Made by a program: the position numbers and the translations under genes. From NCBI GenBank assembly GCA_050950825.1, contig JBMNIH010000007.1, forward strand, positions 128,001-192,000: DNA of 64,000 bases. The letters are read 5' to 3'. The stretch comes from Clostridia bacterium. GTDB taxonomy: Bacteria > Bacillota > Clostridia > JAAYHZ01. This document shows positions 1 through 9,788 of the stretch, in pieces. The stretch's first letter is position 1. Each line of letters opens with the position of its first letter. Below the pieces are notes generated by a model. It was given only the letters and a program-made list of their open reading frames with translations. It was not told where the DNA came from and ran no database searches.

Positions 1-2
1 TC

Positions 3-1289
3 GACGCTTTGTCCAATTACATTACCGCTTTAGGATATCTTTCGGAAGACGAATCCTTGTTTGAAAAGTTTTGGCCGGCGGATGTACATCTTGTAGGGAA
101 AGAAATCGTAAGGTTCCATACCATTATATGGCCGGCGATGCTGATGGCTTTAGACTTGCCGATACCGAAGCAGGTCTTCGGGCACGGATGGCTTGTGTTA
201 TCCGGCGGGAAGATGTCCAAATCCAAAGGAAACGTGGTGGACCCGGTTGTTTTGGTGAATAAATACGGCTTGGACGCCATTCGCTACTTTTTGTTAAGAG
301 AAATGCCCTTCGGTGCCGACGGCTTGTTTTCCAACGAAGCGTTAATCGGCAGAATCAACGCGGATTTGGCAAACGACTTGGGAAATTTGGTGAGCCGTAC
401 CGTGGCCATGATCGACAAATATTTCGACGGTGCCATTCCGGAGGAACGTACGGGAGGCGATTTTGACAAAGAGCTGATTGATACGGTGTTGGCGGTACCG
501 CCGAAAGTAGACGAAAAAATGGAGCAATTGGAATTCTCGTTGGCTTTGACGGAGATTTGGAAGGCGATCGCAAAAACAAACAAATATATTGACGAGACGA
601 CGCCTTGGCTTTTGGCGAAGGACGAGAAGCAAAAGCCTCGCTTGGCGCAGGTGATGTACAACCTTGCGGAGAGTATAAGAATCGTTTCCATTTTGATACA
701 GCCCTTCTTGGTGGAAACACCTCCTCTCATTTGGGAGCAGCTGGGCATCAAGGATCCGAAGGAAACGGAATGGGACAGCGTCTACCGTTGGGGCGGATAC
801 AAAATCGGAAACAAGGTGCAAAAGGGCAAGGTCATATTCCCGCGCATCGATTTGGATCAAGAGCTGAAGGAATTGGACAATCTTTTAAGCGGGAAAGCTT
901 CTTCCGAACAAAAGAAGGAAGAGAAGAAGGAAGACAAGAAAGCGGAGCAAAAGCAAGAAGAGCCCGATATCATTACCATCGATGACTTTGCCAAAATTGA
1001 CTTTCGGACCGTTACGGTGTTGGAAGCCGAAAGAGTGGAAGGTGCGGAAAAGCTGTTAAAGCTAAAGGTTCGCATGGGAGACGAAATCCGCCAAGTGGTT
1101 TCCGGCATTGCGAAATATTACGAACCGGAGGAGTTAATCGGTAAGAATATGATCCTGGTAGCCAATCTGAAGCCGGTAAAGATTCGAGGAATCGAATCCC
1201 AAGGAATGATATTAGCCGCTTCCGACGACAAGGATTTGAGCGTCGTCACCTTGGATAAACCGATGCCTTCGGGATCGAAGGTACGTTAA
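3..1289 (+). CDS. metG: Methionyl-tRNA synthetase (5'-truncated by window edge), with C-terminal tRNA-binding domain
   Basis: GKEIVRFH and KMSKS motifs, ADLANDLGNL anticodon-binding domain, C-terminal Trbp111-like domain; frame is open to the window start. Confidence 0.97.
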   Translation, partial: DALSNYITALGYLSEDESLFEKFWPADVHLVGKEIVRFHTIIWPAMLMALDLPIPKQVFGHGWLVLSGGKMSKSKGNVVDPVVLVNKYGLDAIRYFLLREMPFGADGLFSNEALIGRINADLANDLGNLVSRTVAMIDKYFDGAIPEERTGGDFDKELIDTVLAVPPKVDEKMEQLEFSLALTEIWKAIAKTNKYIDETTPWLLAKDEKQKPRLAQVMYNLAESIRIVSILIQPFLVETPPLIWEQLGIKDPKETEWDSVYRWGGYKIGNKVQKGKVIFPRIDLDQELKELDNLLSGKASSEQKKEEKKEDKKAEQKQEEPDIITIDDFAKIDFRTVTVLEAERVEGAEKLLKLKVRMGDEIRQVVSGIAKYYEPEELIGKNMILVANLKPVKIRGIESQGMILAASDDKDLSVVTLDKPMPSGSKVR

Positions 1290-1322
1290 ACAGGTGAAGG
1301 GATAGAAAAAAAGGAAGAATAT

Positions 1323-1355
1323 AAAAAATCGGCAGAGTCTTCTGCCGATTTTATT
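1323..1355. terminator. Bidirectional intrinsic terminator
   Basis: aaaatcggcaga-gtct-tctgccgatttt hairpin between convergent genes. Confidence 0.85.
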
Positions 1356-1364
1356 GTCTTCCGT

Positions 1365-2633
1365 CTATTTTTGCAAACGTTCATAGTTTTCTTGAAAGCA
1401 TTTTCGTATCGTTTCATCAATGCCTTTTTTAAAGGGACCCTTGAAACCGCTTAAAAGAGGCGCTTCCTTTCCTTCGTAGCCGCCCTCTTCGATAATTTTA
1501 TCGGAAGGGATATACGTCAGGGCTTCATGATAGCCTAAGAAGAACAGGTCTTTTCCTTCAAACACCTCTTGAACGATTTGCTTGACCTCGTAACAGATTT
1601 CTCCTCCCATATACGCAAAGTACAGATCGTCGGTCATCTTGACGATTCCGGCATGGATGTTAGCGGTTTCGGATAAGGTGTCATAGTTTTCCACCGTCCT
1701 TTTGTAGGCCTTTCGGGTTTCGGCCATTTGCTCGAAAAATTCCTTCGGTAAAGGATCGATGACTGCAGGAATCACAAAGGATACGGCATCGAAGACAGGG
1801 TCGATCTTTTTGTATTCGGCCCGTTCAATCACATTCTTGATGGCCATAAATATGGATACGGCCATTTGATCGACCTCGTCGAAGCTGCAGGATGAAAACT
1901 TGCTTCCTTTTGCGCTGATCAAGGGGCGCATATTCCCGGCGGAGCCTTGAAGAAAACCGGATACGCAGCCGTAGTAAGCGGCGTCTAACAATTGGTTGAT
2001 TCGACCCGGAAACTCGGAGGAAATGTACATGGTAGCTCCGAGGGTTACCGCATGGCATGAATAGTTGTAGAAAATACCCCGTATCTTTCCGGCATTGTCC
2101 TTGAGAATTAATATCCACAGCTCCCTATCCTTGATATCCTCGTAGTTGGGGGCCATAACCGTGTTGCCGTTGACTTTTTTTCTACGATTCACGTTCCAAT
2201 CTCCGGTCGTTTTGGCGTAATAGGCGTCTCCTTGGAAAAGGTTCAAAAACATTTTGTCGATACAGCAGCGGGTCCTTTCAAAAAGGAAATTCTCAAGCTC
2301 CGTATATTCGTTTTCCGGATCTTCGTGATAATGCTTGATTGCAGGACCTGCATGGGTATGGGAATAGGAGATGAGGACTTCTTCCTTTTTTACGCCGTAT
2401 CGGTCGCAAAGGTAGTCTTGGATCCTTTTGTTCAGGCAGTAATTGAAGTGGATGATATCATAGCTGATAATTACAATTTGCTTGTCCTCGTTTTTTAAGA
2501 GACAGGATCGAACATACAAATCGTCGTGGATACCTTCGAAGGGTTCGGTTCGAGCGGCATAGCCTCCCATCTTCATTAATACGTGGGGCGTTACCATTTC
2601 TTTTGCTGTTCCGATAATCATTTTTACCTCCAA
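1365..2633 (-). CDS. Neutral/alkaline ceramidase-like N-terminal domain protein (putative metal-dependent hydrolase)
   Basis: MGGYAAR..GIHDDLY, SHTHAGP, NYSCHA, GSAGN and GGYE motifs typical of the family. Confidence 0.8.
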   Translation of the reverse strand: MEVKMIIGTAKEMVTPHVLMKMGGYAARTEPFEGIHDDLYVRSCLLKNEDKQIVIISYDIIHFNYCLNKRIQDYLCDRYGVKKEEVLISYSHTHAGPAIKHYHEDPENEYTELENFLFERTRCCIDKMFLNLFQGDAYYAKTTGDWNVNRRKKVNGNTVMAPNYEDIKDRELWILILKDNAGKIRGIFYNYSCHAVTLGATMYISSEFPGRINQLLDAAYYGCVSGFLQGSAGNMRPLISAKGSKFSSCSFDEVDQMAVSIFMAIKNVIERAEYKKIDPVFDAVSFVIPAVIDPLPKEFFEQMAETRKAYKRTVENYDTLSETANIHAGIVKMTDDLYFAYMGGEICYEVKQIVQEVFEGKDLFFLGYHEALTYIPSDKIIEEGGYEGKEAPLLSGFKGPFKKGIDETIRKCFQENYERLQK

Positions 2634-2635
2634 AT

Positions 2636-2658
2636 AAAAAGGGACGTATCGGTCCCTT
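2636..2658 (-). terminator. Putative intrinsic terminator after GNAT gene
   Basis: aagggac-N6-gtccctt hairpin followed by a T-run on the minus strand. Confidence 0.55.
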
Positions 2659-2671
2659 AAATTTTAAAAGT

Positions 2672-3793
2672 TTATGCCAGGCTCTTAAAGAAAGCGGCCC
2701 TTGTTTTGTTCGGAATGGATTCGAAATATTTCCACTGTCCTCTCACATCAAAGTTCTTGACCAATTGGGGATTTAAATCCACCGTCCGAATTCCCAGCTT
2801 GTTGCACATTTCCACCATTTCGCACAAGAGAATGGCATTAATTCCTTTTCGCTTGTAGTCCGGTCTTACGGCGATTAAAATCAATTCCAACCGAGAGGGA
2901 TTCTTTAACGTCCGGTAAATATCGAACAATCCTAAAGGCAGAAGCTTGCCGTTGTGCTTTTGCAGGACCTTCGTTAAAGAGGGGAAGCCTAACCCGAATG
3001 CAATAGGCTCTCCTTCCGGATCTTGTATGATACGTACGTATTTCGGATCAATTACGGAAAAGTACATGTCGACGTAATGGTCGATTTGCTTTTCCGTCAA
3101 CTCCACCACGCCGTAGAGGTCTTTGTAGCAAATGTTGATCAAATCGAAAATTTTGGGCGCAATTTTCTTAATCTCGCTTTTCGATTCGAATTTCATTAAC
3201 GAAACGCCGTAACGAGATTTGGCATATTCGGCGATGTTTTTAATGGATTCCGGAACCGTTTCCGGAATTTTTAGCTCGTATTCCACCCATTCGGCGTCTT
3301 CCACGTATCCTAAGCGTTTTAAATATTCGGGGTAATAGGGATAGTTGTATATAGTGGTAAATGTGCCCGTAAATTCAAAGCCGGAGGTCAACATTCCTTC
3401 GGGGTCTAAATCGCAAAATCCGAGAGGACCGTGAATACCTTCCATTCCTTGTTCTTTTAAATAGTTTTCCGCAGCCTCAAAAAGCTTTGACGCCACTTCA
3501 AAATCTTCAATGAAGTCAACGAAACCGAATCGACCGTATTTCTTATTGTACTTCTTGGTGAATAAGTCATTGATGATTACGGCGATTCTTCCTGCGACCT
3601 TATTGTCCTTATACGCCAAAAACATCTTGATTCTGCAGTGTTCGAAAGCCGGATTCTTTTTCTCTTTCAGCGTTTGGTATTCATCCACGCGAAGGCTCGG
3701 AACAAAATTGGGATGATCTTCGTACAGCCGATATGTAAAATTAACAAATTGTCGCAATTGCTTTCTCGTTGTAACTTCTTTTATTACCACCAT
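2672..3793 (-). CDS. YghO-like GNAT-fold N-acetyltransferase
   Basis: NPAFEH, GRIA, GRFGF, YNYPYY, AVRPDYKRKG motifs. Confidence 0.8.
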   Translation of the reverse strand: MVVIKEVTTRKQLRQFVNFTYRLYEDHPNFVPSLRVDEYQTLKEKKNPAFEHCRIKMFLAYKDNKVAGRIAVIINDLFTKKYNKKYGRFGFVDFIEDFEVASKLFEAAENYLKEQGMEGIHGPLGFCDLDPEGMLTSGFEFTGTFTTIYNYPYYPEYLKRLGYVEDAEWVEYELKIPETVPESIKNIAEYAKSRYGVSLMKFESKSEIKKIAPKIFDLINICYKDLYGVVELTEKQIDHYVDMYFSVIDPKYVRIIQDPEGEPIAFGLGFPSLTKVLQKHNGKLLPLGLFDIYRTLKNPSRLELILIAVRPDYKRKGINAILLCEMVEMCNKLGIRTVDLNPQLVKNFDVRGQWKYFESIPNKTRAAFFKSLA

Positions 3794-4039
3794 TTTATCA
3801 CACCCGTTTTCTATTTTTGCTCATTATAGCATAAAGATACGGTGTTGAGAATACGCATTCTCAATATCCATATATTGTGGAAAATCGACTAATTCCATTC
3901 TAATCATTTTTTTAAATTCAATTTTCAACTTTTTTACCGAAATTGTATCGTCTTTCGTACATATGATATAATGAGTATGCATTCGTAACCGGGTTTATGA
4001 AGGATTTTTCTCTTTTTGGGAAGGGAGGATCACGATAAC

Positions 4040-4456
4040 GTGAAAGGCTTTACGAAAAAGGTTTTAATCGGTCTTGCGGTGGTTGCCGCCTTGTTCGCCG
4101 TATTGGTTCTTCCCGAGCTGTTAAGGGATAAAACGCCGGAAAAGATGCCCGGGGACGAGGGTACATATCGAGTGGTAACTTTGTATGATTCCACGTTTTC
4201 CGACGGAAGAAGGATCGTTGAGGAAATGAAGGACCTTGCGACAAGCTATGAGGGGGTACCGTCCTTCGTATACGTGGATACTTCCGAGGAAGATGCGGAA
4301 ACGGGAAATTTACGTTTAATGGCCGGAAGAAGCTACACCGTCTATTTCTTGGGTAAAAACAGCGAAATCATTACGCTCTGGTATGAATTGAATTTCGATA
4401 AAGATACCTTTATCGGTGCTATTGAACAGTGTTTCGGCGTAAAACCGAAGGACTAA
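4040..4456 (+). CDS. Membrane-anchored hypothetical protein (paralog 1, possible thioredoxin-like fold without CXXC)
   Basis: GTG start after GGGAGG, N-terminal TM helix, extended -10 TGATATAAT at 3964-3972. Confidence 0.7.
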   Translation: MKGFTKKVLIGLAVVAALFAVLVLPELLRDKTPEKMPGDEGTYRVVTLYDSTFSDGRRIVEEMKDLATSYEGVPSFVYVDTSEEDAETGNLRLMAGRSYTVYFLGKNSEIITLWYELNFDKDTFIGAIEQCFGVKPKD

Positions 4457-4479
4457 TATTTGGTAAGGGGGTGGTTGAT

Positions 4480-4905
4480 ATGTTGGTGACCCGATTGAAC
4501 AATCGTATGGAATTTGTGGTTGCGCTGTTTGCCCTTTTGGTTGTCCTGTTCGTCGTATTCAATATCCGGGATTGGATCTTACCGGATGAAATTACACCCG
4601 ATTCGATACCGGGGGACCAAGGCATGAAAAGAGTGGTAACCATCTATAATCGTGATCGATACGAAGGACTCACGGTGAAAGAAAATATGGAACGAATCAG
4701 CAACTCCGGTAAGCATCCGAATATACAATTCATATTTGTCGATGCGGTCGAAGACCAAACCGCCCACGGGCGACTGCCTTTCTCTTGGGATGTGGATTAC
4801 ACCGTCTATTTTCTGGACGAATCGGGAGATGTAGTGTGGTACATTAACAACGGCTTTACCAATACCGTCATAATATATGCTTTGGATAATTACTTAAAAG
4901 ACTGA
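4480..4905 (+). CDS. Membrane-anchored hypothetical protein (paralog 2)
   Basis: ATG after GGGGGTG; shares PGDxG.RVVT.Y, F..VD and YTVYFL motifs with the upstream gene. Confidence 0.7.
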   Translation: MLVTRLNNRMEFVVALFALLVVLFVVFNIRDWILPDEITPDSIPGDQGMKRVVTIYNRDRYEGLTVKENMERISNSGKHPNIQFIFVDAVEDQTAHGRLPFSWDVDYTVYFLDESGDVVWYINNGFTNTVIIYALDNYLKD

Positions 4906-4932
4906 TTTGAGAGCCGTGTCCGATGGTTGTTT

Positions 4933-4959
4933 AAAAAAGCCGGCAGATGCCGGCTTTTT
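4933..4959. terminator. Bidirectional intrinsic terminator
   Basis: aaaaagccggca-ga-tgccggcttttt. Confidence 0.8.
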
Positions 4960-4962
4960 GCA

Positions 4963-6246
4963 CTATAGATTTTTTAATAAAGAAATTAAAGCCTCGGTCA
5001 TACGGTATCCGGATTCCGGTCCGGCACAGGTATATGAGGTCAAGGAAGGCTCGTACCCGCCTTGTTCAAAGGCTTCTCTTACCGGTATGTATCCGAAAGA
5101 ACCGTTTGTCAGCTCCGCCGCCACGGTTACTTTAAAAGGAGAGTGTTTTTTCACTTCCAAACCGAATTCGACGAAAATTTCGCCCGGGAATCCGGCAATA
5201 GCCCAATCTCCTACGGACAGAACCTGCAGCTCCGCATCCAAGTATTCCTTCGGATTCTCATAATAGCGTACCAATTCCAATTCAATGAAGCGTTTTCCTT
5301 CCGGATCGTTTTTCAATACTTCGTAAGCTTTTTTAACCGCTTCCGGATCCGGCTTGCGGGTATCCAAGCGAAGGGTTGTGGACGCGTAATTTACGCAGGC
5401 TTGGTCACTCGTTATGATTTTTTCTCTTGTTTTTATAATCTCGTATGCCAATACTCGCCCCATATAATCGCTGTAGGGTCTGCCTTTTGAAGAGGGAATT
5501 CCTTTTTTCTGTTCGAAGTTAATATGATTGATGTTCCCGCAGGTTCCGGTATAGAAGATACTGATGACGCTGTCTCCTAGCACCTTCGATACGGTTCGCG
5601 CAATGGCTCCCGGATAATCGGCGCTGTATTCGGTGCCCCCCACAACATCCAGATGGCACGCATAGCTCGATAAAACGGCAAGAGGACGGTCGTTTTCGTC
5701 GTCAATACGAACAACGGCTACTTGGGGGTCCGTAGGACCTAAGGGGCGGTCCAAATCCGGACTCATCACGGGAGGATTGGTTCGGAATGTACCGTCTTTC
5801 ATGCGGTAACGTCTGTTAAAGCCGATGGTATCGTCATATCCGTATGCAGCCCCGATTTTCACGTTTCGAAGATTTTGGTCCGCCATAAAAACGGCATGGG
5901 CCGCTCTTTGGGACAAAAATTCCAAATAGGCGGGGTCTTTTTTGCTTTTATAAAGGTCTCCTACCGGTCCTCCGGTATGCGTATGGGTTGCGGAAACCAT
6001 GATGGCCGCAGGGTCTATGCCGCAAAGCTTGGATGCTTTTTCGCGAATATTCTGTACGGTTTCCGTACCGATAATAATGGCATCCAAAACTACGGAAGCG
6101 ATTCTTTTATTGCCGTCGTCGAAAACAACGGCTTTCGCATAAAGGGGATCTTTGACACCGCTGGAAATACGGTTGTAGGTTTGTCCGGGGATATCGGAGC
6201 CAAGATACGGGGTAATGTCCGTTTGTGCAACGCCGCATTTTATCAT
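4963..6246 (-). CDS. Neutral/alkaline ceramidase-like N-terminal domain protein (second paralog)
   Basis: DITP, DPLYAKA, ATHTHTGG, FNRR, YACH, SADYPG, PGEIF, GGYE motifs. Confidence 0.85.
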   Translation of the reverse strand: MIKCGVAQTDITPYLGSDIPGQTYNRISSGVKDPLYAKAVVFDDGNKRIASVVLDAIIIGTETVQNIREKASKLCGIDPAAIMVSATHTHTGGPVGDLYKSKKDPAYLEFLSQRAAHAVFMADQNLRNVKIGAAYGYDDTIGFNRRYRMKDGTFRTNPPVMSPDLDRPLGPTDPQVAVVRIDDENDRPLAVLSSYACHLDVVGGTEYSADYPGAIARTVSKVLGDSVISIFYTGTCGNINHINFEQKKGIPSSKGRPYSDYMGRVLAYEIIKTREKIITSDQACVNYASTTLRLDTRKPDPEAVKKAYEVLKNDPEGKRFIELELVRYYENPKEYLDAELQVLSVGDWAIAGFPGEIFVEFGLEVKKHSPFKVTVAAELTNGSFGYIPVREAFEQGGYEPSLTSYTCAGPESGYRMTEALISLLKNL

Positions 6247-6445
6247 ATTTCGCCTCGGTTAAAAACCGAGCCTTCACCACCTTTCTTCATTGTCATGCGT
6301 ATCGCGGATCGTTTCCCTCATTATAGCATACTCGGCTGTCGAGAAATCGGAAAATCGGGGGAATAAAGGGGTAAAAATTGTTGGATAAAGAGGAGAACCA
6401 ATGTGGTATAATTTACTGTGTTTATTTAAGGGAGGTGTCGAATTC

Positions 6446-7159
6446 GTGTTAAAAAAAGTTCTGCTGATAAGCTTGACAATCCTTTTTATTTTTGTTTTTG
6501 TATCATGCGGGAAATCGAAAACATTCCAAACCGATCCTCCGAAGCCCGGTGAGCAGATCGCCATTATCCATACCTCCATGGGGGACATCACGGTGAAGTT
6601 TTTTCCAAAGTCTGCACCCAAAGCCGTTGAAAATTTTATAACCCACGCGAAGAACGGCTATTTTGACGGCATGATTTTTCACCGCGTTTATGAAAACTTT
6701 ATGATCCAAAGCGGCTGTCCCAACGGTGACGGAACGGGCGGCGAAAGCATCTGGGGCGGATACTTTGAAGATGAATTCGATAAAAATTTGCACCACTTCT
6801 CAGGCGCCCTTTCCATGGCCAATCACGGACCGGATACCAACGGCAGCCAATTCTTTATCGTACAAAGCGGCCCGGAGGTCATGACGGAAGACATACGAAA
6901 AAGAATGGAGAATTGGGGCATGAAAAAGGACTTGATTGATCGATATATGGAATTAGGCGGCGCTCCTCATTTGGATCATGAATACGCTCCTTCGGGGCAA
7001 GGCCATGTCATTTTCGGTCAAGTGGTGGAGGGCATGGACGTGGTGGAGGCCATCGGTAAAGTCCGCGTCATTTACAACGAGGTTTACCAAGAACGAAGCA
7101 AGCCGAAGGATGATGTTGTCATTTTATCGGTGGAGATTACGACCTACAAAGGTGAATAA
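6446..7159 (+). CDS. Cyclophilin-type peptidyl-prolyl isomerase, lipoprotein
   Basis: [30 protein letters not shown]; lipobox FVSC; GTG start after GGAGG. Confidence 0.92.
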   Translation: MLKKVLLISLTILFIFVFVSCGKSKTFQTDPPKPGEQIAIIHTSMGDITVKFFPKSAPKAVENFITHAKNGYFDGMIFHRVYENFMIQSGCPNGDGTGGESIWGGYFEDEFDKNLHHFSGALSMANHGPDTNGSQFFIVQSGPEVMTEDIRKRMENWGMKKDLIDRYMELGGAPHLDHEYAPSGQGHVIFGQVVEGMDVVEAIGKVRVIYNEVYQERSKPKDDVVILSVEITTYKGE

Positions 7160-7193
7160 AGTCCTATCATTTATATAACCGGGGGTATCGATT

Positions 7194-9758
7194 ATGTACA
7201 AGAGCGTTTTTTATTCGGACCAAGTATTGGCCGCCATTCGAAAGAACGGCGATACCATACAAGGGTGCGGAAAGCTTAGGGAGGACTCCGTTAAAAATGC
7301 GGAATATTGGATGAATTTAAGCTATGACGAGCTTTGGGGCCTTGTGTTTGACCCGAAGCTGGAACGGTCTTGGATGGTGCAGTCCGGCGGGATTTGCCCC
7401 TCCTGCAAAGACAAAGTCATCATGTACAATTGGATTATCGACGCGAAAAACAAACCGTGGAAGCTTCAATGCCCGAAATGCGGCGAATATTTCCCGAAAA
7501 ACGATTTTGAAGCTTACTACAAATCCGGATTGACTAAAACCGGAAAGTTCAGCTACGGTATGGCGGATCCTAGTCTGCTGTATAACGCGGAAACCGGGGA
7601 TCCGAACGATAAGTTCGGGGTGGATGCCGGATTCGGCTACATCGAAGACGGTATCAATTGGCGGTTTATCCCCACCTACCTTGTTTACGGACAGTGGAAG
7701 CAATTGATTTTAGGAGGTATCCGTGCCTTATCCGATGCTTACATCTACACCGGAGAAAAAGAATACGCAAGACGGGCTTTGATTCTTTTGGACCGGCTGG
7801 CGGACTTTTGGCCGGAATACGACTACAACAACCAAGGCTGGATGTACGAACGCTTCAACCTCAGTACGGGGTACATATCCTACAGCATTGACGGAGCCTT
7901 TGAGGTTTGCTGTTTAGCCACCGCTTACGATTCCGTGGCGAAGGTATTGTATGAGGATCCTTTCATAACGGAATACCTTACCTCCAAGCCTTCCATATCG
8001 CAGCAAATAAATGTAAAGAAAAGCACGGAAGACATTCGCCGAAACATTGAGGACCGAATCATTAAAGACTATATCGCTCATCCGGTGAAAATACACAGCA
8101 ACTACCCCTATACCGAAAGAGCCATTGTGGTAGGCAAAGCGATTCTGTATTGGTGGGAAAATCCGGAGCCCATTTTGGAGGAATTGGCGGAAATCGTAAG
8201 AGTCGCCACGTTATACGACGGCTTGACGGGAGAAAGCAGCCCCGGCGGGTATGCTACCATGGGCAAGCATGCCGTCGCTTCTTTGTTAAGCTTCTTCCTG
8301 CAAATGGACCCCGATATTGTAGCGAAAATTTACCGCAAGGTTCCCTCTTTGTACGATGCCTATCGCTTCCATATCGATATCCACTGTCTTGATCGATATT
8401 ATCCCACCTTAGGGGACGACGGCTACTTTACCATGCCTCGTGAAAAATACCCCAACAACGAAGGGGTGGAAAACCTCGTGATGTATAAGCTGTATGAAAT
8501 CACGAAGGATGCGGACCTTTTAAAGGTGCTTGTTCGAGACAACAAGGGATCCGCAAGCCGCTTGTTCGACCGGTTCATGTTTTTGGATAACATCGAGGAA
8601 TTGGAACGGAAGGTCATAGAGGTTGTAGAAAAAGAAGGAACGGAAATCCGATTAGGCAGCATCAAGAAGGATACTTGGGAAATTGCCGTATTAAGAAGCG
8701 GAGAAGGTCCGAATAAACGGGCGGTTTGGTTTAATTTCGGCGCCAATAAAACCCACCATAGGCACGGAGACGCCATGACCATCGGGATGTACTACAAGGG
8801 AGCCGATGTGATGGCGGACTTAGGATATCCCAATGTGGGATTCGGAGGAGGCTGGTGGTCAAAGGAAGCCGCTTGGACCATGGGAACCATATCCCACAAC
8901 GTGGTTACAAGAAATCGACGGGACCAGGGACGTCAAAAAGGAACCATGACCCTGTGGCATCCTGACGATTTTATTCAAATCGCAAGATCCAACGCCCCCG
9001 GGATTATTCGGGATTCGGAAAAATACGAAAGAACGCTGGCCTGGATCGATGTTTCCGAAGAGGATTCCTACTTAATCGACGTATTTCGAGTGACGGGTAA
9101 AAACGGTCTTTATGAAAAGTTTACCCGCGCCAACGTAGGAACCTTGTCCGTAAACGGATTAAGACTGGAAAAGGCGGGCTTGGAGTATCCGGACAACGTT
9201 TTCATGAAGGATTTTCAAAAAGCATCGCCTACGGAGGAAGGATGGTTTTTGGATCTTGCCATCGACGACGTTTTAAACGTATTTTCCACCCGTGAGAAGA
9301 TTCATTGGAAATACAAGAGCTTCACGGAAGGAGAAACCTTGTATATCGCAAGCAGCTGGGTTCCGCCTTCCATGGAGATGTTAGCAAAAGGACACCAAGG
9401 CTTTTGGATGCCGGCGATTATCGACGCAAAAGAATTGGAAACCGACGGAACGGTGACCTTTGTATCGGTGATGGAGCCCTACACGGAAAAATCGAATATC
9501 GCAAGCTGTTCGCGAATCGGTACCGGATGCGATCGAAACGTGGTGCTGACGACCGAGCTGTCCGACGGAAGGACTGATGTTGTCCTTCTTTTGGATCCGG
9601 ACGGACCGCAAAAGGAAGCATCCATCCGTGTAAAGGATCGTAATATTACCTGTAATGCCCAATGGGCGATTCTTCGCTTGTCGCAAGACGGGTCCGTAGC
9701 GGATTATCGTAAGGATGAAAGAGGGATTCTCTCCGTAGACGGAAAAGACCTCGTATAA
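7194..9758 (+). CDS. Heparinase II/III-family (polysaccharide lyase-like) protein
   Basis: AVLRSG, H.HGD, DLGYP, SHNVV motifs after a helical N-terminal region. Confidence 0.75.
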   Translation: MYKSVFYSDQVLAAIRKNGDTIQGCGKLREDSVKNAEYWMNLSYDELWGLVFDPKLERSWMVQSGGICPSCKDKVIMYNWIIDAKNKPWKLQCPKCGEYFPKNDFEAYYKSGLTKTGKFSYGMADPSLLYNAETGDPNDKFGVDAGFGYIEDGINWRFIPTYLVYGQWKQLILGGIRALSDAYIYTGEKEYARRALILLDRLADFWPEYDYNNQGWMYERFNLSTGYISYSIDGAFEVCCLATAYDSVAKVLYEDPFITEYLTSKPSISQQINVKKSTEDIRRNIEDRIIKDYIAHPVKIHSNYPYTERAIVVGKAILYWWENPEPILEELAEIVRVATLYDGLTGESSPGGYATMGKHAVASLLSFFLQMDPDIVAKIYRKVPSLYDAYRFHIDIHCLDRYYPTLGDDGYFTMPREKYPNNEGVENLVMYKLYEITKDADLLKVLVRDNKGSASRLFDRFMFLDNIEELERKVIEVVEKEGTEIRLGSIKKDTWEIAVLRSGEGPNKRAVWFNFGANKTHHRHGDAMTIGMYYKGADVMADLGYPNVGFGGGWWSKEAAWTMGTISHNVVTRNRRDQGRQKGTMTLWHPDDFIQIARSNAPGIIRDSEKYERTLAWIDVSEEDSYLIDVFRVTGKNGLYEKFTRANVGTLSVNGLRLEKAGLEYPDNVFMKDFQKASPTEEGWFLDLAIDDVLNVFSTREKIHWKYKSFTEGETLYIASSWVPPSMEMLAKGHQGFWMPAIIDAKELETDGTVTFVSVMEPYTEKSNIASCSRIGTGCDRNVVLTTELSDGRTDVVLLLDPDGPQKEASIRVKDRNITCNAQWAILRLSQDGSVADYRKDERGILSVDGKDLV

Positions 9759-9788
9759 CGGAGCACCCGAAGAAAGGAGAGTTCAGAA

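Noticed and set aside
905-965. Purine-rich quasi-repeat in metG
   Set aside because: Encodes the ordinary Lys/Glu-rich linker before the C-terminal domain
3830-3880. NrdR-box-like sequences (…ATATATTGTGG)
   Set aside because: Only half-site matches, atypical spacing, and no nucleotide-reduction gene adjacent
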